From: a bacterium | GTDB taxonomy: Bacteria; Electryoneota; RPQS01 | Length of the DNA: 64,000 nt | Assembly: GCA_013360195.1 (NCBI GenBank) | Contig: JABWCQ010000001.1 | Location: 84,168 to 148,167 of the forward strand | Direction: 5' to 3' | Made by a program: the position numbers and the translations under genes | In this document: positions 18,361 through 28,268 of the stretch, in pieces | Layout: the number at the start of each line of letters is the position of its first letter | Position numbering within the stretch: position 1 is the first letter of the stretch | Notes under the pieces: generated by a model | The model's database searches: none | Seen by the model: the letters and a program-made list of their open reading frames with translations, nothing else | Told to the model about the DNA's origin: nothing

Positions 18361-18390
18361 GCCCTGCTTCGTGGAAGCAGGGCTTTCTCA
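18361..18390. terminator. Bidirectional rho-independent terminator between the convergent PAP2 gene and the small secreted-protein gene
   Basis: GCCCTGCTTC-GTGG-GAAGCAGGGC flanked by an A-run upstream and TTTCTC downstream. Confidence 0.75.
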
Positions 18391-18407
18391 GAACGAATAG
18401 TCAGGTT

Positions 18408-18809
18408 CTAACGGAACATGGCTTTAATAGAGCCCCACGTCTGCTGCACAGCCGAAAAACTTAGCGAGACTTCCACGGGAAGGCTCATCGTGAACGTGCC
18501 GTCGTTATTGATAAGCTTCAGCCGGTAAAAGAATGTTCGCTCCCGTTCGACATCCAGCGGACTCTCGTCCGTGAATGCATACTCAGAGAACGACCCCCGC
18601 GCGTCAATTTGACCGACGGGAAGAAAATAGACTCCGTCGCTTGAACGCTCAATGATGAACTTGTCAAACTCGATTTCCTGCCCCGTACGCCACTGGAGGC
18701 GCGCATGGTCACCCAGTGGGTCTGCGGACAGGCTCAACAGTTCAACGCCGGCAAATGCGGAACTTACCGCGACAGCTGCAAAAACAAATAGGGCAAACCA
18801 GCGCTTCAA
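18408..18809 (-). CDS. Hypothetical small secreted protein (signal peptide)
   Basis: N-terminal MKRWFALFVFAAVAVSSAFA. No motif recognised. Confidence 0.45.
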   Translation of the reverse strand: MKRWFALFVFAAVAVSSAFAGVELLSLSADPLGDHARLQWRTGQEIEFDKFIIERSSDGVYFLPVGQIDARGSFSEYAFTDESPLDVERERTFFYRLKLINNDGTFTMSLPVEVSLSFSAVQQTWGSIKAMFR

Positions 18810-19032
18810 ATTTCTTGTTCCTTTGGATTCAGATTCAATAAATTATACCCATCCCTTTATTCAGAGTCAAGCAGAATCAGCCCGGTTACACTCACAGCAT
18901 TTGCAAGTCGAACTCAGAAAACATTAAAATACAAATATTTATCAATAAGCGGTTTCATCGGGTCAGGAATAAGAGGCATTCCACCGCAAAAGAGCAAAGC
19001 AGGGGCCGATTCTTCTGGCCAACAAGAGCACT

Positions 19033-19446
19033 CTAACTAATTAATTTCCCTATAATAAAACCAATCACGATTCCGATAATCAGTACAACTGTCAATACTC
19101 TGGATTGAACAACAGACGAACTGTGTCCCCTCCCGACAAGTACAACAGAGAGGAAGTAGCCTGCTCCGTTCAACAGCCAAATCAGTGGGATCGAAAGCGC
19201 CTTCACTAACAGGGGGCCAAGCCACGGAATTAGGGCAAGAAGCCCCAGAAAACCGGCAAAGGCCTGAGTCAGAATCCCCACAAGTGCTGCCACGGCCGCA
19301 ACGATCGTCGCGTCAAACCCGGCCAGCAAGCCAATGAGCACGATCAGCAGGACGACTGCAAGACCGATAACCGTCCGGCGGTAGGTTGACCAAAATACAG
19401 CAAAACTCGGTATATACATATTCGTTAGGCCCTGCGTATTACCCAA
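19033..19446 (-). CDS. Hypothetical polytopic membrane protein
   Basis: Strongly hydrophobic throughout (LAVVLLIVLIGLLAGF..., LGLLALIPWLGPLLV...). Confidence 0.45.
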   Translation of the reverse strand: MGNTQGLTNMYIPSFAVFWSTYRRTVIGLAVVLLIVLIGLLAGFDATIVAAVAALVGILTQAFAGFLGLLALIPWLGPLLVKALSIPLIWLLNGAGYFLSVVLVGRGHSSSVVQSRVLTVVLIIGIVIGFIIGKLIS

Positions 19447-19592
19447 ATTAACGGCTATGGGACGCGAATGTCAAGCGATTCTCTCGCTCACATGTTGACA
19501 ATCCGAAACTTTCCCTAAACAAGGGCTTGCAAGAAAAAAATTTCCGATCCGCCGTTGCCCTCCCCTATAAGAGTTCGTATATTGTAGTTCTT

Positions 19593-20366
19593 ATGCACAT
19601 TCCGCCAACCGAGCACCTGACTCTGAATCCGCCGGTTTACTTCGTTTCGGATGCCCACCTCGGGGCTGAACCAGAGCCCGTGGCGTCGACGCAGCTGTCT
19701 CGGCTGCTCAAATTAGTAAATCTGGTCAGAGAGAGAAACGGTACATTGATTATCAATGGCGACCTGTTTGACTTCTGGTACGAATGGAAAACTGTTATAC
19801 CCAAGCGCTTCTTCAAAATTCTTCGCGCGCTTCAGGAAGCCACGGAGAGTGGAACCGCCATTCATTTATTGGCCGGGAACCACGATTTTCGGCTCAAGGG
19901 TTTTCTCGAATGCGAAATTGGACTGGTCACTCATCAGGACTCCCTCACCGTGCAAATTGCAAACCGCAGAACCCTTGTCTTTCATGGTGACGGACTGCTC
20001 GCCGGTGACCACGGCTACCGTCTGCTGAAAAAAGTCCTCCGAAGTCCTGTGGCACAGCGATTGTTTCTCTGGTTGCATCCGGACCTCGGCATGTGGCTGG
20101 CAAGGGGAACGTCCAAGCAGAGTCGGAATGCCACAAAAGGCAATCCGTCCGAAGATGCCGACTACATTAATTTTGCGGCCTCTGTCTTGGCAGGAGACAT
20201 CGATGATGTTGTCCTGGGACACGCGCACCGTCCGATGAGCCTGGACCTGCCCGGCGGACGATATGTCAATTTAGGCGATTGGATTTATCACTATACGTAC
20301 GCCGTTCATGACGGAAAGCAGCTGCAGCTCTTGATATGGGACGAGACGACGGGAGCGCTTAGCTGA
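19593..20366 (+). CDS. lpxH: UDP-2,3-diacylglucosamine pyrophosphatase LpxH-like metallophosphoesterase
   Basis: VYFVSDAHLG, INGDLFDFW, AGNHDF, GHAHRP and GDW are calcineurin-like / LpxH motifs. ATG at 19593. Stop overlaps the PBP1A ATG (TGATG). Confidence 0.75.
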   Translation: MHIPPTEHLTLNPPVYFVSDAHLGAEPEPVASTQLSRLLKLVNLVRERNGTLIINGDLFDFWYEWKTVIPKRFFKILRALQEATESGTAIHLLAGNHDFRLKGFLECEIGLVTHQDSLTVQIANRRTLVFHGDGLLAGDHGYRLLKKVLRSPVAQRLFLWLHPDLGMWLARGTSKQSRNATKGNPSEDADYINFAASVLAGDIDDVVLGHAHRPMSLDLPGGRYVNLGDWIYHYTYAVHDGKQLQLLIWDETTGALS

Positions 20367-22519
20367 TGGCGACATTGGTCAGGAAGTCCGTTCCGGCTGT
20401 CGTGGTTGTTCTCGCGGTTCTTGCCGTTATGATCATTGGTACTTGGTCCTTTATCGCGTATCTCAAAACCGATTTGCCGTCCGTTGAAGAGCTCGAGAAC
20501 ATCAACCCCGCGCTCGCGACCAAGATTCTCGACCGGAATGGTGTGCTCATCAAAGAACTCTTTACGCAACGGCGCTCCTATGTTCCGTTGCGGGATATGC
20601 CCCCTGAAGTAATACAGGCCTTTCTTGCGACCGAAGACCACAAGTTCTATGACCACTGGGGAATGAGACCTGCAGCCCTCGGTGTTGCGATTCTGAAAGC
20701 CATCGTAACACTCGACCTGCACCCGCGCGGCGCGTCTACAATCACTCAGCAGCTTGCCAAGAATCTCTATTTCGGCCCGCAGCGGAAGATTACACGAAAG
20801 CTCCGCGAACTGCTCACGGCAGTCGAAATTGAGCGCTACTACTCGAAAGACGAAATTCTCGAGATGTACCTAACCCAGACGTACTTTGGGGCAGGTGCAT
20901 ACGGCATTGGTGCTGCTGCGGCGACCTATTTCTCTAAGTCTGTCCCTGAACTGAATGTCAACGAGGCGGCCACGCTTGCGGCTATACCTAAATCGCCGAC
21001 CCGTTACAATCCCCTCCAGAATCCGCAGAACACTCTTGTCCGGCGCAATCTCGTGTTTGGTAGAATGGAGGACGTGGGCTACATCACAAAAGCGGAGCGG
21101 GACAGTCTTGTGGACACTCCGTTGCCGCTGCATCCGTCCATGGACCGGACTCAAGAGGGAATTGCCCCGTACTTCACGGAGAATGTCAGACAGGAATTGA
21201 ATCGACTCGGCGACCGCCACGGTTTCGATCCGCTGCAGGATGGGCTGACGGTCTACACCACGCTTGACGCCAAATTGCAAAAGTGCGCAGAAGATGCCGT
21301 CGCAAAGGTGCTTCCGGAATTGCAGGATAAAGTCAATGAGATTCACAAAATTACCAATGTGAAGCTCCGGCTCAAGGAGATGTACCCGGACTCGAATACA
21401 GCCGCGATTCGTAGGCTTGCGTCCAATAAGAGATTAGCCGATTCCATCGCGACCGCTGAGCTTCCGGTGCAGGTGGCATTTGTTGCCCTCGACCCCGCCA
21501 CCGGACACATTCTTGCTATGATTGGCGGCCGTAGCTTCGAGCTCAGCAAGTTTAATCGCGCCACGCAAGCCGTTAGGCAGCCCGGCTCTTGTTTCAAGCC
21601 GTTTGTTTATGCATCGGCGATTGACAAGGGTATGCCGATATCGGAGAAGGTTTCAAATGATGAAATCGTCGTAACCCTTGAAAACGGTGACCTCTGGGCG
21701 CCCAAGAACTTCTCAGACGAATATGGCGGCATCGTGGACTTGAGGCAGGCGCTGGCGAAGTCGCTGAACGTGGTCAGCGTGCGGTTGATTCGCGAACATA
21801 CGAATCCACGCGATGTTGTTGAACTTGCCAGAGGCTGCGGCATAACGACAAAGCTTGACCCGTATGATGCTCTTGCCTTGGGGGCTTCCGGAGTCATTCC
21901 TTTGGACATTGTTGGTGCCTATCAAGTGTTTCAGACGCTCGGCATTTGGTCCAAACCGATTGCCGTAACGGGACTCGATGACCAATTCGGTCAAACAATC
22001 GAACAGTTCAGGAACGAGCGTAAAGTCGTTATGTCCGAAGAGACAGCCTTTCTCGTGCAAAGTCTCATGCGGTCAGTCAGCGACCACGGCACCGCCGCAT
22101 CGCTTCGTTCCAAGTATGAATTCCGTATCCCCACGGCCGGAAAGACCGGTACGACCAACGACAATACCGATGCATGGTTCATCGGCTTCACGCCGCATCT
22201 GCTGGCCGGTGTCTGGGTCGGACTCGATGACCCGGCAAAGTCGCTGGGACGGGGACAAGAGGGAGGTAAGGCCGCATTGCCGATTTGGGCTGAGTTCATG
22301 CTCGCGGCTTATCAAGTGATGGATTACCCCGAGTCCGAATTCAGAGTTCCGCGCGGCATCACTACTGCCGACATCTGCGTTGAATCCGGCGAGCTTGCCA
22401 CGTCGGGCTGTGATGAAATCCGCACCGAGTACTTCGCTTCCAAGTCCGAATTGCCTGAGTCCTGCACGATTCACGGCGCGTTCCGGACTCCGAGGGGAAG
22501 GAAGCAAAGTCTGTTCTAA
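20366..22519 (+). CDS. mrcA: Class A penicillin-binding protein 1A (glycosyltransferase + transpeptidase)
   Basis: GT51 motifs: ATEDHKFYDHWGMRP, STITQQLAKNLY. Transpeptidase motifs: SCFKPFVYASA, KTGTTND. Confidence 0.9.
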   Translation: MATLVRKSVPAVVVVLAVLAVMIIGTWSFIAYLKTDLPSVEELENINPALATKILDRNGVLIKELFTQRRSYVPLRDMPPEVIQAFLATEDHKFYDHWGMRPAALGVAILKAIVTLDLHPRGASTITQQLAKNLYFGPQRKITRKLRELLTAVEIERYYSKDEILEMYLTQTYFGAGAYGIGAAAATYFSKSVPELNVNEAATLAAIPKSPTRYNPLQNPQNTLVRRNLVFGRMEDVGYITKAERDSLVDTPLPLHPSMDRTQEGIAPYFTENVRQELNRLGDRHGFDPLQDGLTVYTTLDAKLQKCAEDAVAKVLPELQDKVNEIHKITNVKLRLKEMYPDSNTAAIRRLASNKRLADSIATAELPVQVAFVALDPATGHILAMIGGRSFELSKFNRATQAVRQPGSCFKPFVYASAIDKGMPISEKVSNDEIVVTLENGDLWAPKNFSDEYGGIVDLRQALAKSLNVVSVRLIREHTNPRDVVELARGCGITTKLDPYDALALGASGVIPLDIVGAYQVFQTLGIWSKPIAVTGLDDQFGQTIEQFRNERKVVMSEETAFLVQSLMRSVSDHGTAASLRSKYEFRIPTAGKTGTTNDNTDAWFIGFTPHLLAGVWVGLDDPAKSLGRGQEGGKAALPIWAEFMLAAYQVMDYPESEFRVPRGITTADICVESGELATSGCDEIRTEYFASKSELPESCTIHGAFRTPRGRKQSLF

Positions 22520-22559
22520 ATTTGTATTCTACGATAAACTGTTTCGGGAGAACAGTTCC

Positions 22560-23732
22560 ATGTTAGTATCACGTACATTTCAGCGAGGCGGCGTGGCTAT
22601 GTGGGCTACCGTCTTGGTAGTCTTGCTCATTCTCGGCGCACTCGCCTTCCATTTCATTTCCAGAATGGAACCCGCCGAAGTCAGGTCGTTTCAAGAGCTC
22701 GTCAACCGGGTGGAGAAAATTAACACCCAAATCACCGAACGCGAGCAGCAGATTTCAAGCCTTGTCGCGCGTTACAACCAGTCTCATCCCGGTAACGAGA
22801 TTGACACGACCGGAATGTCGGCCATGGGACTGACTGAAGAACAGGCGCAGCTTCTTGCGAATCGTGTCGCGCAGGAAAAAGACCTGTCCTATCGGGGCAT
22901 GCTGCAGGAAGTCATTGACATCTCCTCTGAGATGGAGAAACTGCGTACCGAGCTGGGTGAGGTCAAGTCGCGCTTGCGTCCTCCGGTGGTTGCTCAAAAG
23001 GGCGATACGCATCTTGCTGTCTGTTTGAAGTTCCTGACTGAGGACATCGGCATGAATGAAGATGATGCGCTGGCACTCATCGAGAAGGAAGCTCTTGTAC
23101 CTGAACTGCTGCCGGGGTTTGAAGTCTGGAACTATTACGGCGAAGGCATCTTCGGCACCTTTGTGACACAGGGACAGGCGAAGATTACGCCGAATGAGCT
23201 TGCGCGTGCGACCAAGCGCAAGATTGACGCGGAACGGCAGACGCTGATTCAGGAGCGCAATCAAAAGCAGTCGGAAGTTGATGACCTTGAGGCGAGAAAA
23301 GCCGAGTTGCAGCAGCAGATTCGCTCCCTCGAAGAAGAACGTGCGGCCATGATGCAACAGGTGGCGGTGATGGCCAGTTCCAATGACAGCCTGGCCAAGG
23401 AGCTGAATTCGCTCAAATATCACATCGGCACATTCCGCGACCTTGAAAAGGCGGGAGCCATTCGCAAGCCCGCACTGGGCAAGTGGAATACCGGGGATAT
23501 CGAGGCGGTGCAGCACACCGGCTCGCTCGATTTGCGGCGCGATTCTCGGATTGTCATCAATGCGTCTTCGCTTGGACTGGACAAAGTGGATCGCATTCTT
23601 GTATTCCCCCGCTATTTCAGTGAGGAGTCCGATTACAAGGTCGAGCTGTCTTCCGATCGCAAGTCTGCAACGGTCGTGTTTGTCAAACCGACGAAGTTCA
23701 ATCTCTCGCGCTTGGTAATTGCCGTCGGTTAG
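22560..23732 (+). CDS. Hypothetical membrane-anchored coiled-coil protein
   Basis: ATG at 22560, followed by TM segment WATVLVVLLILGALAFHFI and long heptad-like regions. The track start at 22380 overlaps PBP1A and is unlikely. Confidence 0.5.
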   Translation: MLVSRTFQRGGVAMWATVLVVLLILGALAFHFISRMEPAEVRSFQELVNRVEKINTQITEREQQISSLVARYNQSHPGNEIDTTGMSAMGLTEEQAQLLANRVAQEKDLSYRGMLQEVIDISSEMEKLRTELGEVKSRLRPPVVAQKGDTHLAVCLKFLTEDIGMNEDDALALIEKEALVPELLPGFEVWNYYGEGIFGTFVTQGQAKITPNELARATKRKIDAERQTLIQERNQKQSEVDDLEARKAELQQQIRSLEEERAAMMQQVAVMASSNDSLAKELNSLKYHIGTFRDLEKAGAIRKPALGKWNTGDIEAVQHTGSLDLRRDSRIVINASSLGLDKVDRILVFPRYFSEESDYKVELSSDRKSATVVFVKPTKFNLSRLVIAVG

Positions 23733-23917
23733 CCGCTTGTAAAGCGGGTTTTGCGCTGACGCGGCGGCTTGAAAGAGTCGCCGTTTTTTTAGTCAGGCAC
23801 GATAGTCATGTACCTTCGCAGTTCTGTTAAGCAAAACATTCTCCCCCGCCTAGTCCCCCCAGAGGACGGGACCAGAGTTATTCAATTGCGAAGAGACCGC
23901 TTGCGCGGTCTCTTTCG

Positions 23918-25063
23918 TTATCCAAACAATCCTTGTCCCGACCTTCGCTGCCGCCACCACAAGTAGAATGTCACCAAGGCAAACAGGACATTCGGTGCCC
24001 ACATGGCGGACGCAGGACTTACGGTGCCCCGATCGGCCAAGTCTTCACCTGCAATCAGAAAGACCCAGTAGATCAGGAAGAAAGCCATGCTGTAACCCGC
24101 AGACACACCAATGCCTGATCTCCGCACCATCTGACCGAGTAACCCGCCAAGCGCGGCGAAAATCAAGCAGGCCGCCGGTATCGAAAATTTCTTGTGAATC
24201 TCAACGCGCAGCCGTGAGATATTCTTGGCATTCTTTTCCGCGTCGTTTTCCTGATACTGTTTAATCCGTTGCCGCAACTGCGTGACGTTCATTTCGCGAT
24301 CGCCCCGCCACTCCGTGCTGGTTCTGCGCAAGGACATGTCCGGAGCATGAATGCGAAACACCGCGTCCTTGAACGCAATCCGGTGATGTTCACCCGGGCG
24401 CGCGCGGTCGGAACGTAGAATCTCGCCGTCGTTCAATTTGAACTCGAACCCCTCGAACCACTCCTCATATTTCAGTTTTCCGTTGTCGGCCAGCACCGTG
24501 CCGCTGAAACGCGGATCATCGTCTTCGTACACGACGACGTCATGAATTTGCGATGTTTCGTTGTCCACCTGCCGCGCATACAGCACGTGCCCGGGAATGT
24601 CGGTTAGAAACACGCCGGGCTCAAGAATCATGGCGGGCTTCAATCGCTTGATATCGGTCTGCAGTTGCCGCGAACGATAGTTGAGGTCGGGCAGGATTTC
24701 GTTATTGAAATAGGCCAATCCCACCGCGGAGACGACACCAAAGAGAATGGCCGGAGTTATCATTTGCCACGGGCCGACACCCGATGACCGCAGCGCCGTG
24801 ACTTCATTGTCGGAGGACAGCCTGCCGTAGGCGGACAGCACCGCGACCAAAACGGCCATCGGTACGGCCAAAGCCAGCATCCACGCCAGGTTCAGCCCGA
24901 AAAACTCCAATACCGTCAACACGGACAGCCCTTTGCCGACAATCCGGCCTAACATCGTAAAGACCAGGTTCAGGACAAACAGGAAAACAATCAGCGACAG
25001 GCTGAAGAAAAAGGGTGGGATAAACTCCCGGGTCAGGTAGCGGAAGAGAGTCATTTCGGTCAA
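23918..25063 (-). CDS. LptF/LptG-family LPS export permease (YjgP/YjgQ)
   Basis: MTEMTLFRYLTREFIPPFFFSLSLIVFLF... has the typical N-terminus and six-TM layout with a periplasmic beta-jellyroll region. Confidence 0.8.
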   Translation of the reverse strand: MTEMTLFRYLTREFIPPFFFSLSLIVFLFVLNLVFTMLGRIVGKGLSVLTVLEFFGLNLAWMLALAVPMAVLVAVLSAYGRLSSDNEVTALRSSGVGPWQMITPAILFGVVSAVGLAYFNNEILPDLNYRSRQLQTDIKRLKPAMILEPGVFLTDIPGHVLYARQVDNETSQIHDVVVYEDDDPRFSGTVLADNGKLKYEEWFEGFEFKLNDGEILRSDRARPGEHHRIAFKDAVFRIHAPDMSLRRTSTEWRGDREMNVTQLRQRIKQYQENDAEKNAKNISRLRVEIHKKFSIPAACLIFAALGGLLGQMVRRSGIGVSAGYSMAFFLIYWVFLIAGEDLADRGTVSPASAMWAPNVLFALVTFYLWWRQRRSGQGLFG

Positions 25064-25174
25064 GATTTTGTTCGCAAGTTAATAAATTTGAAGAACATTT
25101 CCCACAACTGCCGCTTGCTTTTTTCACCTAAATGGGATATACTTGCTGTTTCGGGGACGGAATGCCCTCCGCCC

Positions 25175-25258
25175 GGAGGACTAGACCTAATTGGTAAGGC
25201 AGCGGTCTTGAAAACCGCCGGGCGAAAGCCCTTGGGAGTTCGAGTCTCCCGTCCTCCG
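25175..25258 (+). tRNA. tRNA-Ser (anticodon TGA)
   Basis: Acceptor stem GGAGGAC/GTCCTCC. Anticodon loop CTTGAAA. Long variable arm CGGGCGAAAGCCCTTG. T-arm GGGAG-TTCGAGT-CTCCC. CCA is not encoded. Confidence 0.75.
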
Positions 25259-25291
25259 CAAGTTTAATATAATCATTTTCTTGAGGAGCTT

Positions 25292-25804
25292 ATGCGGAAG
25301 GTCATCCTGTTCGCCGCCTCCAGTCTGGATGGCTTCATTGCCCGACCGGATGGTGCCATTGACTGGCTGTTTCAAGAGGGTGATTATGGCTTTTCGGAAT
25401 TCGTCAGCACGGTGGATGCCGTTGTGCTTGGTCGCAAGACCTACGAGGTCGCGCAAGCGCTTGGCGATGATACGCTGACCGCTGGAGAACACTGGGTGGT
25501 CAGCCGGACTCCTGAGGCCTACAAAGGCAGTAAGGCGAGGTTTGGCAGTCTGGCTCAGGTCGGCGAGTGGCTGAAGTCGTCGGAGAGCGAAAAAGCCGTC
25601 TGGCTGATTGGCGGCGGAGAACTGACCACTGCATTTCTTGACAACGGCTGGCTGCATGAAATCGTGCTCGCAATTCATCCGCGTCTGCTCGGTCAGGGAA
25701 TTCCCGTCAGTCCGGGTTTGATGCGCGACGCCGTGCTGAAGTACACGAAGCACAAGGCCTATGACAACGGTCTGTTGCAAGTCTGGTATGATGTGGTTTC
25801 CTGA
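25292..25804 (+). CDS. Dihydrofolate reductase-family protein (RibD C-terminal domain)
   Basis: MRKVILFAASSLDGFIARPDG.IDWL ... VVLGRKTYE ... WLIGGGEL match the RibD_C/DHFR family. Confidence 0.75.
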   Translation: MRKVILFAASSLDGFIARPDGAIDWLFQEGDYGFSEFVSTVDAVVLGRKTYEVAQALGDDTLTAGEHWVVSRTPEAYKGSKARFGSLAQVGEWLKSSESEKAVWLIGGGELTTAFLDNGWLHEIVLAIHPRLLGQGIPVSPGLMRDAVLKYTKHKAYDNGLLQVWYDVVS

Positions 25805-25822
25805 GGCCACTGCTTAATTTCA

Positions 25823-25914
<92 letters not shown>

Positions 25915-25976
25915 AAGGGTATGAATTACTTTGTGATGATTTCCGTGAGACCTGACTAACCTCAGCGGTAACTGAA

Positions 25977-26327
25977 ATGGACAACCATCGCATCTACGCA
26001 ATGAGCTTCGCGAGTGTGTATCCCCTGTATATCGCCAAGGCGGAGAAAAAGGGGCGTTCAAAAGACGAAGTTGATAAAATTATCCGCTGGCTCACGGGAT
26101 ATACTCAGAAGCAATTGGATGCGCTGATTGAAAAGAAAACCAACTTTGAAAATTTCTTCGCGCAGGCGCCCAATCTCAACCCTTCGCGCGCATTGATAAC
26201 TGGCGTGGTTTGCGGAGTCAGGGTGGAAGAAATCAAAGAGCTGCTGATGAGAGAGATTCGGTATCTTGACAAGCTCGTTGATGAACTTGCCAAGGGAAAA
26301 GCGCTTGAGAAAATCTTGCGAAAGTAA
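25977..26327 (+). CDS. DUF2200-family protein
   Basis: [34 protein letters not shown] is the characteristic DUF2200 N-terminus. Confidence 0.6.
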   Translation: MDNHRIYAMSFASVYPLYIAKAEKKGRSKDEVDKIIRWLTGYTQKQLDALIEKKTNFENFFAQAPNLNPSRALITGVVCGVRVEEIKELLMREIRYLDKLVDELAKGKALEKILRK

Positions 26328-26354
26328 AGCTAACACATTGTTAAGGGGGAACAC

Positions 26355-26804
26355 GTGAAGAAAGCGCACTATTCCATTACAATTAACGCGCCTCGGGACA
26401 AAGTTTGGCGCAAGCTCTTTGACGACGACTCCTACCGCATCTGGACAGAAACATTCTGCACGGGCTCGCATTACAAGGGGAATTGGGAGAAAGGCAGCAA
26501 GATTCTCTTTCTCGGGCCAGGGGAAGACGGGAAACTTGGCGGCATGGTTAGCCGCATTGCCGAGAACAAGCCTAACGAGTTCATGTCTATTGAGCATCTT
26601 GGCATGGTGAACGACGGAATAGAGGATACGACTAGCGAAGATGTCAAGAAGTGGACGCCCGCCTTTGAGAATTATACACTCACAGATCGCAGCGGCGCAA
26701 CTGAAGTCTCGATCGACATAGACGTTGAAGACTCCTGGGCGGAAATGTTCGATCAAATGTGGCCAAGCGCGCTTGCAAAACTGAAAGAGATTTCAGAAGA
26801 GTAA
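26355..26804 (+). CDS. SRPBCC-superfamily protein (AHSA1 / polyketide-cyclase-like)
   Basis: ITINAPRDKVWRKLFDDDSYRIWT... GTG start with RBS AAGGGGGAA. Confidence 0.6.
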   Translation: MKKAHYSITINAPRDKVWRKLFDDDSYRIWTETFCTGSHYKGNWEKGSKILFLGPGEDGKLGGMVSRIAENKPNEFMSIEHLGMVNDGIEDTTSEDVKKWTPAFENYTLTDRSGATEVSIDIDVEDSWAEMFDQMWPSALAKLKEISEE

Positions 26805-26813
26805 GTTGATTAA

Positions 26814-27170
26814 TTGTTAAGTTTTCCACGCACCCTCCTGCACCTTGAAGGCCTCGCTGTATTTGTTCTGAGTCTTCTGGTCTATTCCACTCTTGCCGGG
26901 TCGTGGACGCAATTCGCGCTACTGTTTCTGACGCCTGACCTGTTCATGCTGGGCTATCTGCTCAATAAGCGAGTCGGCGCCGTTTGTTACAACCTAGCCC
27001 ACACATATGTAGCTGCACTGGGCATCATCGCAATCGGATACTTCGACGGCAACAGCTTTTTGCTGGCCTTCGGAGTCATCGTTACTGCTCATATCGGGTT
27101 TGACCGGATGCTCGGGTTCGGCTTGAAATATCCGACCGGTTTTAAAGATACTCACTTTCAAAGAGTATGA
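26814..27170 (+). CDS. DUF4260-like small membrane protein
   Basis: Four-TM layout with the C-terminal ..HIGFDRMLGFGLKYPTGFKDTHF.. motif. Confidence 0.5.
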   Translation: MLSFPRTLLHLEGLAVFVLSLLVYSTLAGSWTQFALLFLTPDLFMLGYLLNKRVGAVCYNLAHTYVAALGIIAIGYFDGNSFLLAFGVIVTAHIGFDRMLGFGLKYPTGFKDTHFQRV

Positions 27171-27224
27171 TGACAGCTCTAATTACTCCGGCAGTGCGAC
27201 AAGCTTGCTTCGCGACAATAAATA

Positions 27225-27258
27225 ATCCCCCGTCATCCGCAGGAACAGGGGATTTTTG
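27225..27258 (+). terminator. Putative rho-independent terminator after the DUF4260 gene
   Basis: ATCCCC-(loop)-GGGGAT followed by TTTTT. Confidence 0.45.
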
Positions 27259-27906
27259 TTATTATTCCGAAACGTGATTATCAGTCAGGAATCTATCAAT
27301 CCGCAGGCACGTCGGCGCGCTCTGATCCGAATATGGGTCGCGTCAGCACTCATGCTCGCCGCCACCGCGATGGGCGTCTTGTCATGGCTGCGCGATGAGT
27401 CCGCCGTGTTGATTGTCACGTCGTCACCGGACGGAGGGGAAGTCGTCTTGAACTACCGCCCAACCGGAGCCAATACAAACGCGTACATATCCGACCTTCC
27501 CGCAGATTCGGTCATTGTCACGCTGCGCCAGGACGGGTTTCGCCCGATTCCGCAGGAACAGCGCATCCGCTTACAAGCCGGAGATACAACGCGTCTGGCT
27601 TTCTTCTTGCAACCGATTGCACGAAGTGACCTGAGGGAACTTCCCAGGTCCAACGGCACTCCATATAAGTGGCAATGGAAGTATGTGGAAATCAACTCCG
27701 ATCCGCCCGGTGCGCATGTTATCATTGACGACGTTCCCACCGGTCTGCTGACACCGGCGAATTTCGTTTTCGACCGTGGATTGCATCACTTGCAGGCACA
27801 TTGGCCCAATGGTGCTAAATCCTTCAAAAACGTCATCATCGAACCGTCTTCTACTCAGCCCAATATCCTGTTCCGACCGGCAACATACATCAAACCTGAA
27901 GAATGA
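27256..27906 (+). CDS. PEGA-domain membrane-anchored protein
   Basis: VEINSDPPGAHVIIDDVPTGLLTP matches the PEGA motif. N-terminal TM segment. Start is uncertain (TTG at 27256, GTG at 27274, or a later ATG). Confidence 0.5.
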   Translation: MLLFRNVIISQESINPQARRRALIRIWVASALMLAATAMGVLSWLRDESAVLIVTSSPDGGEVVLNYRPTGANTNAYISDLPADSVIVTLRQDGFRPIPQEQRIRLQAGDTTRLAFFLQPIARSDLRELPRSNGTPYKWQWKYVEINSDPPGAHVIIDDVPTGLLTPANFVFDRGLHHLQAHWPNGAKSFKNVIIEPSSTQPNILFRPATYIKPEE

Positions 27907-28268
27907 CACGACGCGAAATTACCCGCATTGAACCTCGCAGCGCCGTCCGGGTCGGGTTCTTTCTCGGACTGCTCTTCGGCATCCTGTTTGGTTTGTACAG
28001 TGCATTCCTGCTGAAGGGAATGGGCGACGCCGGATTGCAGATGTTCGGCGGGGCGGAGGCCGCGCAGTTGAAGTCCCTCGGCGGTGTCTCCACGCTGTTC
28101 ATGGCGCTGTTCATGGGACTGATGGGCGCGCTTTTCTATTCGCTCGTGAGCGGGTTGTGTGCGGTCGTGTATAACCTTGCTGCTAAATGGTTTGGCGGGA
28201 TTGAGTATCAAGTTCAGGAAACCGATGAAAACGCGCCGCCTGTCCGCGGCGGAGCCTCTGATGAATGA
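27903..28268 (+). CDS. Hypothetical small membrane protein
   Basis: Two or three hydrophobic helices. ATGA coupling with the upstream gene. Confidence 0.45.
   Translation: MTRREITRIEPRSAVRVGFFLGLLFGILFGLYSAFLLKGMGDAGLQMFGGAEAAQLKSLGGVSTLFMALFMGLMGALFYSLVSGLCAVVYNLAAKWFGGIEYQVQETDENAPPVRGGASDE

Noticed and set aside
22380-22559. Upstream extension of the coiled-coil gene overlapping PBP1A by 140 nt
   Set aside because: The PBP1A frame is conserved to its stop at 22519. The ATG at 22560 gives a sensible N-terminal TM anchor, so the extension is an ORF-finder artefact.
22755-23516. 253-aa minus-strand ORF
   Set aside because: It lies entirely antisense to the coiled-coil protein gene (22560-23732). 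Its Arg/Leu-rich composition is typical of the reverse frame of Glu/Lys/Gln-rich coiled-coil coding sequence, and it has no RBS.
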